Assembly (NCBI GenBank): GCA_043228905.1
Contig: JBHGNT010000008.1
Location: 16,864,001 to 16,928,000, forward strand
Direction of reading: 5' to 3'
Source of the DNA: Azolla caroliniana
Taxonomy: Eukaryota > Plantae > Polypodiophyta
Length of the DNA: 64,000 nucleotides
Every line of letters starts with the position of its first letter. Position 1 is the stretch's first letter. A program made the translations under genes and the position numbers. A model generated the notes under the pieces. That model did not search any database, was not told where the DNA came from, and saw nothing but the letters and a program-made list of their open reading frames with translations. Shown here piece by piece: positions 37,185 through 50,906 of the stretch.

Positions 37185-38765
37185 GCCCAAGCTCCGGTCA
37201 ACATCAAAACAATCCAAGTAACACAAAATTGGCCAACATATCTTAATTCTCATTTGAGAAAGTGTTGAATGCCTAATTTCTTTAGAAATAGAGCCAACTA
37301 AGAAGAGGAATGCTGCAAGAATGTTGTATGGAAAGGGCAAGAAAGGCAAAGTTGAATGCAATGGTGAGTCATATATGTTCTCACCTGTCCTGAGAGTTGT
37401 CAACCTAATGCATTGTCTAATACCATGTACTTGTGTTACTAGCTAATGACGAAATGATCTTTGGTGAGGGAGATATGAGTCCAAAACCTGATCGTGAAGA
37501 CGAATTTATCCCACTCCCAGGTACATGTCAAAAGCCGGTTTTTGAAAACAATGATTTAGATCATAACAACCCTATGATAGTGTTGCTTTTGGTGCATTCT
37601 ATAGATCATAACAACCCTGTTGAGCACTTAGATGTTGTGGAGAAGATGACCGAGCCTACCACTTGCAATGGGGTATCTACGGCTGTACAATATGACGATG
37701 TAACAATAGGTAAAAATGTGGCTCTTAACCCTATGTTCATTGCTGTTGGTATGTTTGCAAACTTTTAAGTATATGAGTTGATACTAATATTCTTTAGAAT
37801 CCCATTATTTAGGTTTACAAGAGCAGCCCGATTCCTAATTGCAATCAAATGAATCGGGAACTATATGGAGCACAAGTGCAGAGTCAGATTCTGGGATTAA
37901 CCTTTGCACGGAGGCAGACTCTGGAAGCACATCTTCCACACATGAGGACTGTGAGAAAAACGAAGCATTCATATTTGAAGAGCAGCTGGCATGTACAAAC
38001 AACAATTTTTCTAAAGAAGCCCATGAGGAGTGTGGAAAGAATATGGCAAGTACTGAAGAGAAGACTGATTGTACTGAGAATGTATCTGTAGTTTCTAAAG
38101 ATTCCAATGAGAATGAGGAGTGTGGAAAGAACATCGCTAGTACTGAAGAGGAGCCTAATTGTACTGAGAATGTGCTAGTAGTGTCTAAAGAATCCCATGA
38201 GGATTGTGGAAAGAACATCGTTACTAATGAAGGGGAGCCTACTAGCATCACCCATGAGGACCAGGCAATAAAGACCACCCAAGAAGGGGAGCACGATTCT
38301 CTTAAGAATGAGGTGACAACCACCGTACAAGAGGAGTTGACCCAAGAAGGAGAGCACAATGGTCTTAAGAATGAGGTGACTATCACCAGCCAAGAGTTCG
38401 CCAGGAGTATTGCTGTAGCCCACATACAGGAGCCTAATTGTACTGAGACTGAGCATACTAGCAACAACATGAGTACTAAAACAGCCCACATTCAGGAGAT
38501 GAGTGATAATTTTTCTATCGACAGTACCTTTGTGGATGTGTGTACAAGCATTGCAGTTGCAGAAAACACAGTTGCTCTCTCAAGCTTGCCACTTGTACAA
38601 GGTGCCTGTGCATCCACGCCTGTCTCTGATGCCTCTGATGATGAAGTGCCACTTAGTCAGTTGATACCTAAAGGCTTTAAGATAAAGAAGAATGTAAAAT
38701 CAGAAAAAACTGGCACCAACAACAAGCGCATTACAAGATCAGCCAAATTGCCCTCTAGTGCCTGA
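37185..38765 (+). pseudogene. Cargo gene, 3' exons (37185-37362, one or more exons near 37440-37750, about 37813-38765): acidic repetitive C-terminus
   Basis: Donors atg|gtgagt and ttg|gtatgt, acceptor tttag|gttt; 308-aa ORF with 28-aa repeat x3 (EECGKNIASTEEEPNCTENV..), SDDEVPLSQL and basic tail; TAA/TAG stops at likely Gln codons. Confidence 0.6.
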
Positions 38766-39906
38766 TAGTCTTTCAATTGTACTTGAACTTTAGCTGAACT
38801 GTTAGTGATGTCTGAAATTGAACTATTTGGTATACCAAAATACTGTCTCATTTATCTGAAATAGTTATACCAGTGTCTTTCGATTGTCTTTCGATTGTAC
38901 TTGAACTTTAGCTGAACTGTTAGTGATGTTTGAAATTGAACTATTTGGTATACCAAAATCCAGTAGTTATACCAGTGTGAAATTCTATATTGCCAATTGT
39001 AGAGAATGAAAATGTATTCTATTGTTAACTCTAAAATGTTGTGAAGATCAAATCACTCATCTAGTGTTGTAGTGTAATCTGAATTTCTATATTGCTAATT
39101 CTGAAATGATCTTTGGTGAGGGAGGTACAAATTTATCACACTCCCAGGTACACTCCCATGCAGCCATGATTGTGTTGATTACAAATAAAAATCTATATTG
39201 TTAACTGAGATGTTATATACAGTTCGTTATACCAGATGAAGATTTAGAAGACTGGTATATATTGTTAAGCAACCAAACTTTACATTAGATGTATGTATCC
39301 ATCTAACTGAGATACTTTGGGAGACTACTATGTATTACTTAATACTTGCAATTGACATTCGGAGACTGCTATGTATTACTTAATACTTGCAATTGACATA
39401 CTTGCAATTGACATTAGTACTAAACTAATATGTATATTGGTACGTGTGTTAGTACTAATATGTATATTGATACTTGCGAAGTATGGTCTCCTTGAGTGCA
39501 CATGATTAGAGTTGAATAATGACTTGAGTGTACACAATAGAGACTTGATAGTTGAATAAGTTTGGGCCATATTTAGGCTACTAAGTATTCAAGACTTCAC
39601 ACCTTAAACCATAGAAACAATCAACTCTATAATTACCATAAACACTGACAATACAAAAGTATTGAAGACTTCACACCTTAAACCATGGAAACAAGCAATT
39701 CTATAATTACCATAAACACTTAAAATACAAGCTCAAAAAATAGTCTCAATACATCAAATATATCGATTCATAATACATAATAGAAGAAAGACGAAATATA
39801 TCGATTCATTTGTGAATCATCAAAATTAATATATCAATACATCAAATAGTGAACTACAAGTGGATGTTTTTCAGTTTTCTGCTACAATGTATTGATAGGG
39901 TGACTT

Positions 39907-42900
39907 TCAAGCATTAAATAGAGAGACCTCCCCTAATATGTGCTCATGAACCTCTCGGGGGACCTTGTAAACAGTGTTGTATCCCTTAACCTTGTGCTTT
40001 GCTTGAGTCATATTGAATTTGATCGCAAGAATGGCATCAACGTAGATTATTGCGATCAGTGCTTCTTTTAGTAATGCATATGTGTTCTTGCACTGTGGCA
40101 ACTTTGCATAATAGTTTCCATACACGACAAACTCACCAAGGTTGAAATTGTTGCCCCAGCCATCCCTCACCACTTCTTTCAATAATGTCTTGCCTTGCTT
40201 GCACACCACAATGTAGTAGTCTTCTAAATCTTCATTCTGAGGAGATTTGAGCACTGCAAAATGATCTCCAACTTCCAATAAAACTACCAAGTCTTGATGT
40301 TGGTTGTAGTATACAATATCGTTTGAATGTGCATCCTCTTCAATATCATCATGTCGTTCAGGCTCAAGCTTCTACAACTTCTAGGGCTCGACGATTGATA
40401 GGTTGATGCATTTATCCCAAGCTTCATCTATACACATGGAACAAAAGCATGATAAAGTACGGAGTAACAGTTGTGTTGGGTCCTTGCGGCTAAACCCTAA
40501 TACACAATGGGTGTTGCGTGTGCCTTTCATGGTTTTACAACCATATGATTTAGTTCTATCAACCTCATCAGCGCGAACTTCAACAAACAATCTGTTCTTA
40601 CCATCATTTGACATCTTCCATGTTAGCCACTGCACAACATCATGTGCATTTTGTAACTTAGCACCATTATTATCCAACTGCTCACTTGTAAGGGCACATT
40701 TGATCACAGCGCCCGCGCCATCATGCTCTCCTTTTCCATGTCCAGACCCGAAGTAGTTCCATTGCATACGAATATTGAATAAGGAGAAATACTTGGTTTT
40801 GTATCTCAGGTTTCCAACAAAATTAGTACTATGTTGTCAATCGAGAGTACTACACATCCATTAATATTGATTTAGTACAAATACAAAACAAAGCATAACA
40901 CAACGTATCCATTGAGAACACTCTACACTTATTAAAAGATAAATAGTACTATGTTGTCAACCATGTGAACTTGGCATCCATTAATACTAATTTAGTATGG
41001 ATACAACACAAAGCATAGTACAATGAATTCATGGAAAGCACTCTACATGAATTAACAGATAAATAGTACAAACTCTTCAATATCGGATAGTACTATGTTG
41101 TTGACGATGAGTACTTTACATTCATTAATACTGATTTAGTATAGATACAATACACAATACAGTACAATGTGTCCACGGAGAACACAACCCTCCTTAGAAG
41201 ATAATTAGTACTACAACACATGTACTTTACATCCCCCAATAAACATTGATTTAGTATAGATACAACACATAGTACAATACAATGTGTTCATGGAGAAAAC
41301 TCAGCATGGATTAATAGATAATTAGTACAAACTCTTCAATATAAGACAGTACTATGAGTACAAGACATGTACTTTACATCTTCCGATAATTACTGATTTA
41401 GTATAGATACAACACCAAGTACAATACAATGTGTTCATGGAGAACATTCAACATTGATTAATATATAATTAGTACAAACTCTTCAATCTAGGACAGTACT
41501 ATGAGTAAAAGACATGTACTTTACATCCTTCGATAATTACTGATTTAGTATAGATACAACACACAATACAATACAATGTCCATGGAAAACCCTCAACATG
41601 GATTAAAAGATAATTAGTACAATTCTCTTAAGGACGGACAATACTATGAGTACAAGACGAGTACTTTACATCCCAACATAAATACTGATTTAGTACAGAT
41701 ACAACATACAACATAGTACAATGTGTCTATGGAGAACACTTCACATGGATTAAAAGATAATTAGTACAATTCTCTTAAGGACGGACAATACTATGAGTAC
41801 AAGACTAGTACTTTACATCCTTCTGTAAATACTGATTTAGTAAAGATACAACACACAACATAGTACAATGTGTCTATGGAGAACACTTCACATGGATTAA
41901 AAGATAATTAGTACAATTCTCTTAAGGACGGACAATACTATGAGTACAAGACGAGTACTTTACATCCTTCTGTAAATACTGATTTAGTATAGATGCAACA
42001 CACAACATAGTACAATGTGTCTATGGAGAAAACTTCACATGGATTAAAGATAATTAGTACAATTCTCTTAAGGACGAACAATACTATAGAGTACAATACG
42101 AGTACTTTACATCCTTCAGTATTTATACTGATTTAGTAAAGATACAACACACAACATAGTACACTTTGTCTATGGAGAACACTTCACTTGGATTAAAAGA
42201 TAATAAACACAGATTCACGTGACAGGATAGTACTATTTGATCAATCAAGAACAATTAACTTAGTTACAAACAAAATTAGTATGCATGCATCCATGTGAAT
42301 AGTGTTGTGTTCGAATAGTTACAAACATAATTAGTATGCATCCATGTGAATAGTACTGTGTGTGAATAATTACAAACATAATTAGTATGCATGCACTAAC
42401 ACAAGAATTACTTCCTTACACATTGCATGATAAGTACTAAACATATGGATTAAAAATTACCTGGCGATAAAGTAGAACGATCGTGCCGCCTTAAACTGCG
42501 AGGCAACACCATCAGACCAAACCCAATGACGGTTAAAGGTTAACCCTAGAGACAATAAATCTACATGGTGAAGCTTAAAACAATGTTGAACAAATAGTGT
42601 ATCATGCTTTTAATCATCTGAAATGTAAAATATTGATTTCTTATGTAACTCACCGTCTTGCCTCCAATAGCAAATATGTACAAGTATTGTACATTGATCA
42701 TTGTACCAATGCATCGATTGAACCTCATTTTGAACTTTAAATGTATAGTTTTCTGCAAAGTCAATAACGGATACGATGACACCCGTTGGTAAGTTATTAA
42801 TACATTCCTTGAACTGTGAATTTTGCCAATAATTCCGGAAGTTATGTGGAATGAACTCCCCAAGTTGCTTCTTAAATTCTGAGACAAGGGTAGCAACACA

Positions 42901-44205
42901 TGTCTCCTTATATACTTCCTTGATACGCTTAGTTACAAGTCCCTTGCCAATATTTTCAGTCACATACTCTAAATATTTCCATTTCATGATATGACTGTTT
43001 CCCAAATCAAGCTCTTGCCTACAAAATAATGGTAGTGGACAAACCTTACATGTTCTTAATAGACATGTACGACGATGCCACTCACATGATGGTTCTTTTT
43101 CACAAACACATGACCTCCATAGCTTAGAAACGAATGCATAAGTCATGTTTCGTGCATTACACCTATTATCCTCCCCATTTGGTCTACGAACCTCACAAGT
43201 GTAGACACATAATTCCCCATGTATACCCTTAGAATCAGTACGCATTGCATTCACTCCTAGCCTTAACATGTCCATCTTCACGTGGTACACACAACAACAT
43301 GTATTCCTCTCATTTACTTTTCTAACATAAAATGGTTTCAAACCTTGGAACTTGCAGAATCCAACAGTCAAGCTTGGATGTTAGTCTTTAAAGTTCATGT
43401 ACAATTCAACCTACATCAACCAATATATATAGCAAACATTAATATACACTTGGTCAAAACACAAATTTATGGAATGTGAATTGATATAAAAAAATGGAAT
43501 ACTTCTGTCATCTCCAAGAAGTGTCTAGGGTGAATCTAGTACTTACCCTGACTTATTCATTGTCTACACACATCCTTCTTATTTGGTGAGACACGCGTAT
43601 TTTTGGCCCAAAATGAATCCACTTTCTCAATAATCTCTTGAGATAAGGCATCGCATCGTCGTCTACGTCCCAACCCCAGCCACTTGAATTGGCTTGAGTG
43701 TATATTTCGACGATGTTTCCTCAAGTTCCTTCTTTGAATACCCAGGGCTAAGGCAACTTTAGTATTACTATTTTTTTTCTCTCGCACCATTCACAACCAT
43801 GTGTAGGGCTGCCCTCTTTGCAACAAGTTTGTCTATGCTCTCTACACCTTTCACTAAGTCTAGGCATGACTTCATAGACTCTACAATCTCTTCTGAAACA
43901 CATTGGTTCCTAAATTTTATTCTCTCAATGTCTTCATTCAAACGTTGATGGTATAACACTAAATATAATATCCCTACGATCCTCTTCACTAAATCTCTTC
44001 GTTATTTCTACCAAATAACGGACTATGTGAAGAACCACTTATTTCTTGGTCCTTTCAGATATACATGAGTTACTTGACAATTCACTCTCATTGGGGACCC
44101 CCATTTGGTCACTAGATTTATCCAAAAAAATTAACTGTCCAACGAGAGTAGTTAATGTTATATAGACTACACTAAGAAAACACAGTTAAATGTTTTTAAA
44201 TGTGG
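39907..44205 (-). pseudogene. Spliced Sola2-like DDE/D transposase (exons about 44205-43503, 43410-42461, 40792-39907)
   Basis: RNTCCCVYH Cys-rich region, DFAENY..QNEVQSMHW, YISDD, WVWSDGVASQFK, YFGSGHGKGEHDG; GT-AG introns; several nonsense changes. Confidence 0.8.
40820..42205. repeat. About 147-bp tandem repeat (about 7 clear plus 2-3 degenerate units) in a transposase intron
   Basis: gtactttacatc recurs at about 41222, 41369, 41516, 41661, 41808, 41955, 42102. Confidence 0.88.
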
Positions 44206-44254
44206 CCTGCAAAGTGAGAAATAATTCGTTTCGAACATTAGAATTACGGATCAA

Positions 44255-44810
44255 ATATGACAATTGTAAAATCTAAAAATTTAGTACTTAAAAATGAAGA
44301 AATGAAAAAATTTAGTCCTGAAAGTAAAAAAATGGATGGAAGGAACCTCCAATGGTGGCGGGAGCGTTGATTCTGTGTGATATGCCGCCTTGATTTGCTA
44401 GAAGGAACCTCCAATGGTGGAAGCACGATTTACAAATTTGACAATTGTAAAATCTAAAAATTTAGTACTGAAAAATGAAGAAATGAAAAATTTTAGTCCT
44501 GAAAATAAAAAAATGGATGGAAGGAACCTCCAATGGTGGCGGGAGCGTTGATTTTGTGTGATATGCCGCCTCGATTTGTTGGAAGGAACCTCCAATGGTG
44601 GAAGCACGATTTACAAATTTGACAATTGTAAAATCTAAAAATTTAGTACTAAAAAATGAAGAAATGAAAAATTTTAGTCCTGAAAATAAAAAAATGGATG
44701 GAAGGAACCTCCAATGGTGGCGGGAGCGTTGATTTTGTGTGATATGCCAACTCGATTTGCTGGAAGGAACCTCCAATGGTGGAGGGCGCCTTGAATCTTT
44801 GTGATATGCC
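44255..44810. repeat. 181-bp tandem repeat x3 upstream of the transposase exons
   Basis: tgacaattgtaaaatc at 44258, 44439, 44620; internal subrepeat gaaggaacctccaatggtgg. Confidence 0.92.
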
Positions 44811-45141
44811 GCCTGGATTCGGTGAAAGGATCCTCGCCTCGATGGAAAAAGCCCCAAATCACCACGACATAAACTGCAATCGGTGGAAGTAAGAAAGTCG
44901 TTGTCGAAGAAGTCACTATTGGTTGTTATAAGAGGCCTCAAAACAGTCTCTATTCCTGAACCTAAACCCTAACAAAAACAGAAACCCTAAAAAAACCAGA
45001 AATCCTCAACTCAAAAGCTCCAACCTGACATGGATGTTTGAGATTTGCTCCCTAAACCCTAACAAAACTCTTAGATTGGAGGAAAAGCAGAAACGTGACA
45101 TGGATGTCTAAGATGAAGAGCTCAGAGGGATAGAGGAAGAG

Positions 45142-45324
45142 TGTCGAATACAAGTGTATAATGGACGTATTCACACTATCCTTCTGTATAGCTCAAGTTT
45201 GGGCCATTTGTGTAATTAGCATAAAGGGTAGTTGCCCTAAGTTTGTCACTATATAAAGTGACCTTGTAACCTTTTTGTAAGGTTGGTTGTATTATTGTTT
45301 CTATGGAATAGAAAGTCTTTTGTG

Positions 45325-45374
<50 letters not shown>

Positions 45375-48300
45375 CACGATCGTGCAAACTGTCATACGCA
45401 GGTACTCAACCCTAATCGAATGCTTCTTGATCTTCCGCATCGACACGACCTTGTCTTCAACATCTGGTATCAGAGCCTGCACAGTATTCGGTCCTTCAAT
45501 CCGCTGTCGGCCGTCGTCTCAGCCTGCACAGCATTCGGTTTCCTGCGTCATTCGAAGAAGAGAGAAGAAGAAGAAAAAACGAGGCTTGCATCTCATCGCG
45601 TTAGATCATCTTCGCTTGGAGTAAGCCAGCCGGTTGTACTCTGTTTCTTGTGATCGTAACCGCTCGAGGTGAAATCCCCTTGTGCAACATTGACACGATC
45701 GTGCTCCACTCGGTTAAACGGCATCCGAAGAGGTCATCAAACGCTGCTCGCCGCTCATTGTAACCACTCGGTGCAGATCGTTCTCAAGACAACAACCCCA
45801 ATTCGTGCTTCATCCGGCTGATCGACATTCGGGAGGATCAGTTGGATCCATCTCTCTCGTCGCTGCAGTCACCCGAAGCAGAATCGGTCCAGACAATCGG
45901 TTTCAATAATCAGTATTTGGCATATATATTCGGAAGCAAACCGGGCTCACTCCGACTCGGCAACATTCGGGAAGACCAGTCGGTTCTGTCCCTCAAGTTA
46001 CCGGAGTCAATTCGAGCAAGTTCAACAATACAAATATCCGAAGCCGAACCGACTCGGGTTCAAATCCGACTAGAACGATATCGGGTGAGCCAACCGGCTG
46101 CACTCCAACAAGGTTCGTAGTCAACTCCGAACCGAGCTTCGTCAACCGAAACCAAATTTGATGGCATCAACATCCGGCTCGTCAGAAATGAGTCTACGAA
46201 AGTTCGATGGATCGAACTTCAACTTCTGGAAGGAGCAAATGCAAGACTATCTCATAGTCAAGGGGCAAATCGATCCCATCGAAAATGAAGAACCTCCAGA
46301 AGGATACAAACCAATTGAGTGGCAGAAGCTGGACAGAATCGTCCGCGCCACGATTCGGATGCACCTATCGGAATCGGTATACTTTACGGTGCAATCGTGT
46401 ACGACAGCATTCGAACTGTGGAAAACACTGTCGGACACCTACGAAAAGAAGGTCGCTGCAACGAAGATGTTTCTGATCCGGCGCCTCTACAACTTGCGAA
46501 TGAAAGAATCAGATTCGGTTCAAGCACATCTCAATGAGTACGAAAGCATAAGCTCCCAAATCTCATCTCAGGGGACGGCAATCGAGGATGAACTCAGAGC
46601 AATGATACTCATGAGTAGCCTTCCCTCATCATGGGAAACTTTCGTCACAACCGTGTGCAACGCGTCAACCACAGCTGTTAAATACTCCGAAGTCACGAGC
46701 GCAATCCTGACCGAAGCAGCTCGGAGAAAGTCTTTCGCCAAAGACTCAACAGACGACGCTTATGTAGTACAAGGTTCGACAGACCGATTGAACATACGAG
46801 GAAGAGATTCCTCACGGCAGCCGAACAATCAGCGAAGACGGAGCCAATCACGGGATAATCGAATCTGCAACTATTGCAAGAAACCCGGACACATCAAAGC
46901 CGACTGCCGCGCACTCAAGAACAAGAAAGACAAGTCTCAGAAATCAGACAAGAAGAGTGGCCGGCATGAGGAGATCAATTACATCAGCTTCTCATCTGAT
47001 GTGCTACCAAACGACCCGAATATACTGTCAATCGAAAATCCAGTCGGATCAGAAGTTCTGCTCACGACTGAAGAATCGAGCACATGGCTCTTAGATTCGG
47101 GCGCGTCATTTCACGTGACTCCTCATAGATCCCAATTTCGGCAATATACGATCCGTCACTCCGACTCAGTTCGAGTCGGCAACTCGCAACACTGTGACAT
47201 CATTGGAATCGGCACAGTAGAGCTCAACCTTGCAGGTGGCTCTACACTTGTACTTCACAATGTCTGACATGTACCCGAGCTCTCAAGGCCATTGATCTCA
47301 GTCGGACAACTAGATGAAGACGGCATTCGTGCCGGTTTTTCTTCGGGAGGGTGGACACTCCACAGGGGGAACCTCCTGCTTGCTAGAGGACCCAAGATAC
47401 ACTCACTGTATCCATTACATGTTACGCTCAGAGAGGGTAACCTGTTTTTGGTGGATATTCCTGTGTCATCACTATGGCACAGAAGATTAGGACACCTCAG
47501 CAAGGCCGGCATTACGCATCTATCTAGAGCCGGATACATCCCTAAACTCTCCTTCTCCGACCATCAATTCTGCGAGCATTGCCAGTATGGCAAACAAGCA
47601 GCCGCATCACACCCGACATCAGCGCCAAGAGAAACGAGACCTCTCGATTTAGTCCACTCGGACGTCTGTGGCCCAATGCCGCATCAGTCTCTCGGCGGTG
47701 CCTCTTACTTCGTCAGTTTTATTGACGATTCGACTCGAAAGGTGTGGGCTTATCCAATTCGCACCAAAGATCGTGTCTTCTCGATCTTCTCCGATTGGCT
47801 CGCTATGGTAGAAAATCAAACCGACCGAAAACTGAAATGCTTTCGGACCGACAATGGGGGAGAGTTCAAATCAGAAGAATTCGTCAAATTCTGCCGACAA
47901 CGCGGCATCCGACGTGAATTTACGGCACCACACAGTCCGGAGCAAAACGGGATTGCCGAACGCATGAATCGGACAATCCAAGAACGGATAGTTTCCATGC
48001 TCCAACACTCCGGACTGTCGGATGGCTTCTGGGCAGAGGCTCTACTCACGGCAGTACACATAATCAATATGTCGCCAAGCAGACCTCTAGGACTTCAAAT
48101 TCCTCAGGAACTATGGATCGGCAGTAAGCCGAATTATGACAAGCTGAGGATCTTCGGATGCGAGGCATACGCCCTTATTCCGAAAGATGATCGCCGAAAA
48201 CTTGCACCTCGGTCCAGGAAATGCATTTTCCTTGGATATGGATCAGACGGCGAAATGGGATACCGACTCTGGGACCCCGAACGCAGACAAATCGTTCGAA

Positions 48301-50568
48301 GTTCGGACGTTGTGTTCAACGAGTCGGCTATGAATCCATCAGTCGAAAAACCGATCGAAGTCCGAAGGGTAACATTTTCCGATGTGCCGACCCTTCAAGA
48401 AGGCCCCGCTCTTAACACACGGTCAGCTTCACGGGTAGCTGAACCTTACACTACCGACTCGGACAACTCCGACTCGGCACAGCAGAATAATTCGCTTTCG
48501 GACCATCCGACCTCGATACCCGATGCGACCAGTCCAATCATACCTCGACGATCCGAGAGACTGTCGCAACCTCCGGAGAGGTATTCTCCTGAAATTTTCT
48601 TCACCGACGCCGGCGAACCGACGTCTTACGAAGAAGCATCGACATCTGTCGATTCAGCCACATGGCATCTGGCGATGGAGTCGGAAATGCACTCCATTCG
48701 GGCAAACAAGACTTGGGATCTGGTCGAATTACCTAAGAATCGACGTGCTCTTCCTTGCAAGTGGGTTTATCGACAAAAAGAGACGTCTGATTCGACCACC
48801 CCAAAGTACAAGGCCAGATTAGTCGCGAAGGGCTTCTGACAAGAATATGGCGTCGACTTCGACGAGATTTTTTCACCAGTGGTGAAAATGACAACCCTTC
48901 GTTTTCTACTCGGCGTAGTGGCAGCCGACAACTTGGAGCTGATTCAGCTAGATGTCAAAACAGCCTTCCTCCATGGTGATCTTGAAGAGGAAATTTATAT
49001 GGAGCAGCCAAAAGGCTTCGTGGCAACTGGCCAAGAACATCTAGTCTGCCGACTCAGGAAGAGTCTATACGGCCTCAAACAGGCACCGCGACAATGGTAC
49101 AAGAAGTTCGACGACTTCATCCAATCGATCGGCTTCTCAAAAAGCGATGAGGACCATTGCCTTTTTACCAACACAGCTCAAGATGGATCACCCATCTTCC
49201 TCATCATTTACGTGGACGACATGCTAATTTCTGGACGCCACGCGGGCGAACTTGCCGATCTCATTCGGCAACTGCGGTTGAAGTTTGCCATGAAGGACCT
49301 CGGTCCGGCACGACACATACTCGGCATGAAGATTAGTCGGCATCGCGACAAACGACATCTTTTTTTGTCTCAGACCGACTATATCGGACGTGTCTTGGAA
49401 CGCTTCAACATGCAATCAGCCAAATCTGCTTCAACCCCGCTCCCCATGAATCTTCGGCTCTCTCAGCGAGACTGCCCGACATCCGGTCCGGAGGGGGAAG
49501 ATATGAAGTCGGTACCGTATGCACCGGCAGTCGGCTCCCTTATGTACCTGATGGTCGCGACACGGCCTGATATCTCTCATGCCGTAGGAGTCGTTAGCAA
49601 ATTTATGCACAATCCTGGCCGATCGCATTGGAACGCAGTCAAGCATGTGTTCAAATATCTGGCTGGCACAAAAGACCACGGCATTCTTTTCGGACCGAAC
49701 TCAACCTCAGGCGTAGTCGGTTACACCGACTCGGACTTCGCCGGCTGTATAGACAGTCGGAAATCAACAACCGGATACTGCTTCAAATTCGGCAATGGAG
49801 CAATTTCGTGGAAGTCGAAACTTCAGGAGTGCACAGCGACCTCAACGACCGAAGCAGAATATGTAGCTGCGTCCGACGCTGCAAAAGAAGCTTTGTGGCT
49901 CGGCCGGCTGGCGCACACGTTTCGACAAGTCGACCATGACTCGGCTCCAGTTGTCTATAGCGACAGTCAAGGTGCTGTTGCCTTGTCGAGAAATCCGGTT
50001 CACCACAACGCCTCCAAACATATCGACGTTCGATATCACTTCGTTCGGGACTGCGTCATTTCAGGGAAAATCGGTCTAGAGAAAATATCCACAACCGACA
50101 ATGTCGCAGATGGAATGACCAAGTGTCTTTCGGCAGACCGCTTTCGGTCTCTTCGGCATCAGATGGGCGTCACGACAAACCAGTTCGGTTAGAGCCGGAC
50201 ACAGCGCAGGATGGTTTCGGACAACCGACATCAGTTCCTTAATGATCGGCTTCAACTCTCCCGACCCGACCAGTCCGGTCTTCTGCCTTCGGACACTGCC
50301 GACTCGAACAAAACTGATATGTCCGAGAACCTAGGTTTATACCTGTAATCTTAGATAACCCATGTATACGCCCATTACGGGGGAGTGTCGAATACAAGTG
50401 TATAATGGACGTATTCACACTATCCTTCTGTATAGCTCAAGTTTGGGCCATTTGTGTAATTAGCATAAAGGGTAGTTGCCCTAAGTTTGTCACTATATAA
50501 AGTGACCTTGTAACCTTTTTGTAAGGTTGGTTGTATTATTGTTTCTATGGAATAGAAAGTCTTTTGTG

Positions 50569-50627
<59 letters not shown>

Positions 50628-50714
50628 ACGATCGTGCAAACTGTCATACGCAGGTACTCAACCCTAATCGAATGCTTCTTGATCTTCCGCATCGACACGA
50701 CCTTGTCTTCAACA
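45142..50714 (+). mobile_element. C3: young Ty1/copia element with short LTRs and long 5' leader
   Basis: LTRs 45142-45462 and 50386-50714, identical by eye apart from the (CT)n(GT)n tract; TSD AAGAG; iMet PBS 45465-45476; PPT gggggag. Confidence 0.96.
46161..50192 (+). pseudogene. C3 gag-pol, single frame with two in-frame TGA stops (47265, 48837)
   Basis: Three ORF pieces share one frame; CNYCKKPGH, LDSGAS, HSDVCGP, YVDDML, KHIDVRYH. Confidence 0.93.
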
Positions 50715-50906
50715 AAGAGGACTATGAGGGGAACCGCCAAAAACGACGTGAGGGGAAAATAGCCCCCAAAATGGAAAGAACATCTCCTCACGTGTTCCCC
50801 CCACTCCTTGTAGTAAATGACACTTGTACTACAGTCACCCCACTCTCCAAAATCGATTTTTTTTTTCTCTGATTTTTTTTCAAGGTCTCAGTGTGGGTGG
50901 AAGCAC

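Larger units (their letters stand above)
37185..50906 (-). mobile_element. Large Sola2-like DNA transposon, part 1 (terminus at 50906, transposase, 3' half of cargo gene); interrupted by C3
   Basis: Sharp junction ...GGAAGCAC|gtaccacaag into the C5 RT; AT-rich intron-containing interior; DDE/D transposase motifs; second terminus not in the window. Confidence 0.7.

Noticed and set aside
44960-45062. AAACCCTAA motifs as interstitial telomere
   Set aside because: Only a few scattered copies; more like telo-box promoter motifs upstream of the transposase, and function cannot be shown from sequence.
47265-47267. Programmed readthrough, selenocysteine or RNA editing at the C3 TGA stops
   Set aside because: Paralogue C4 has sense codons at both sites; CpG deamination is simpler, and plant U-to-C editing is organellar.
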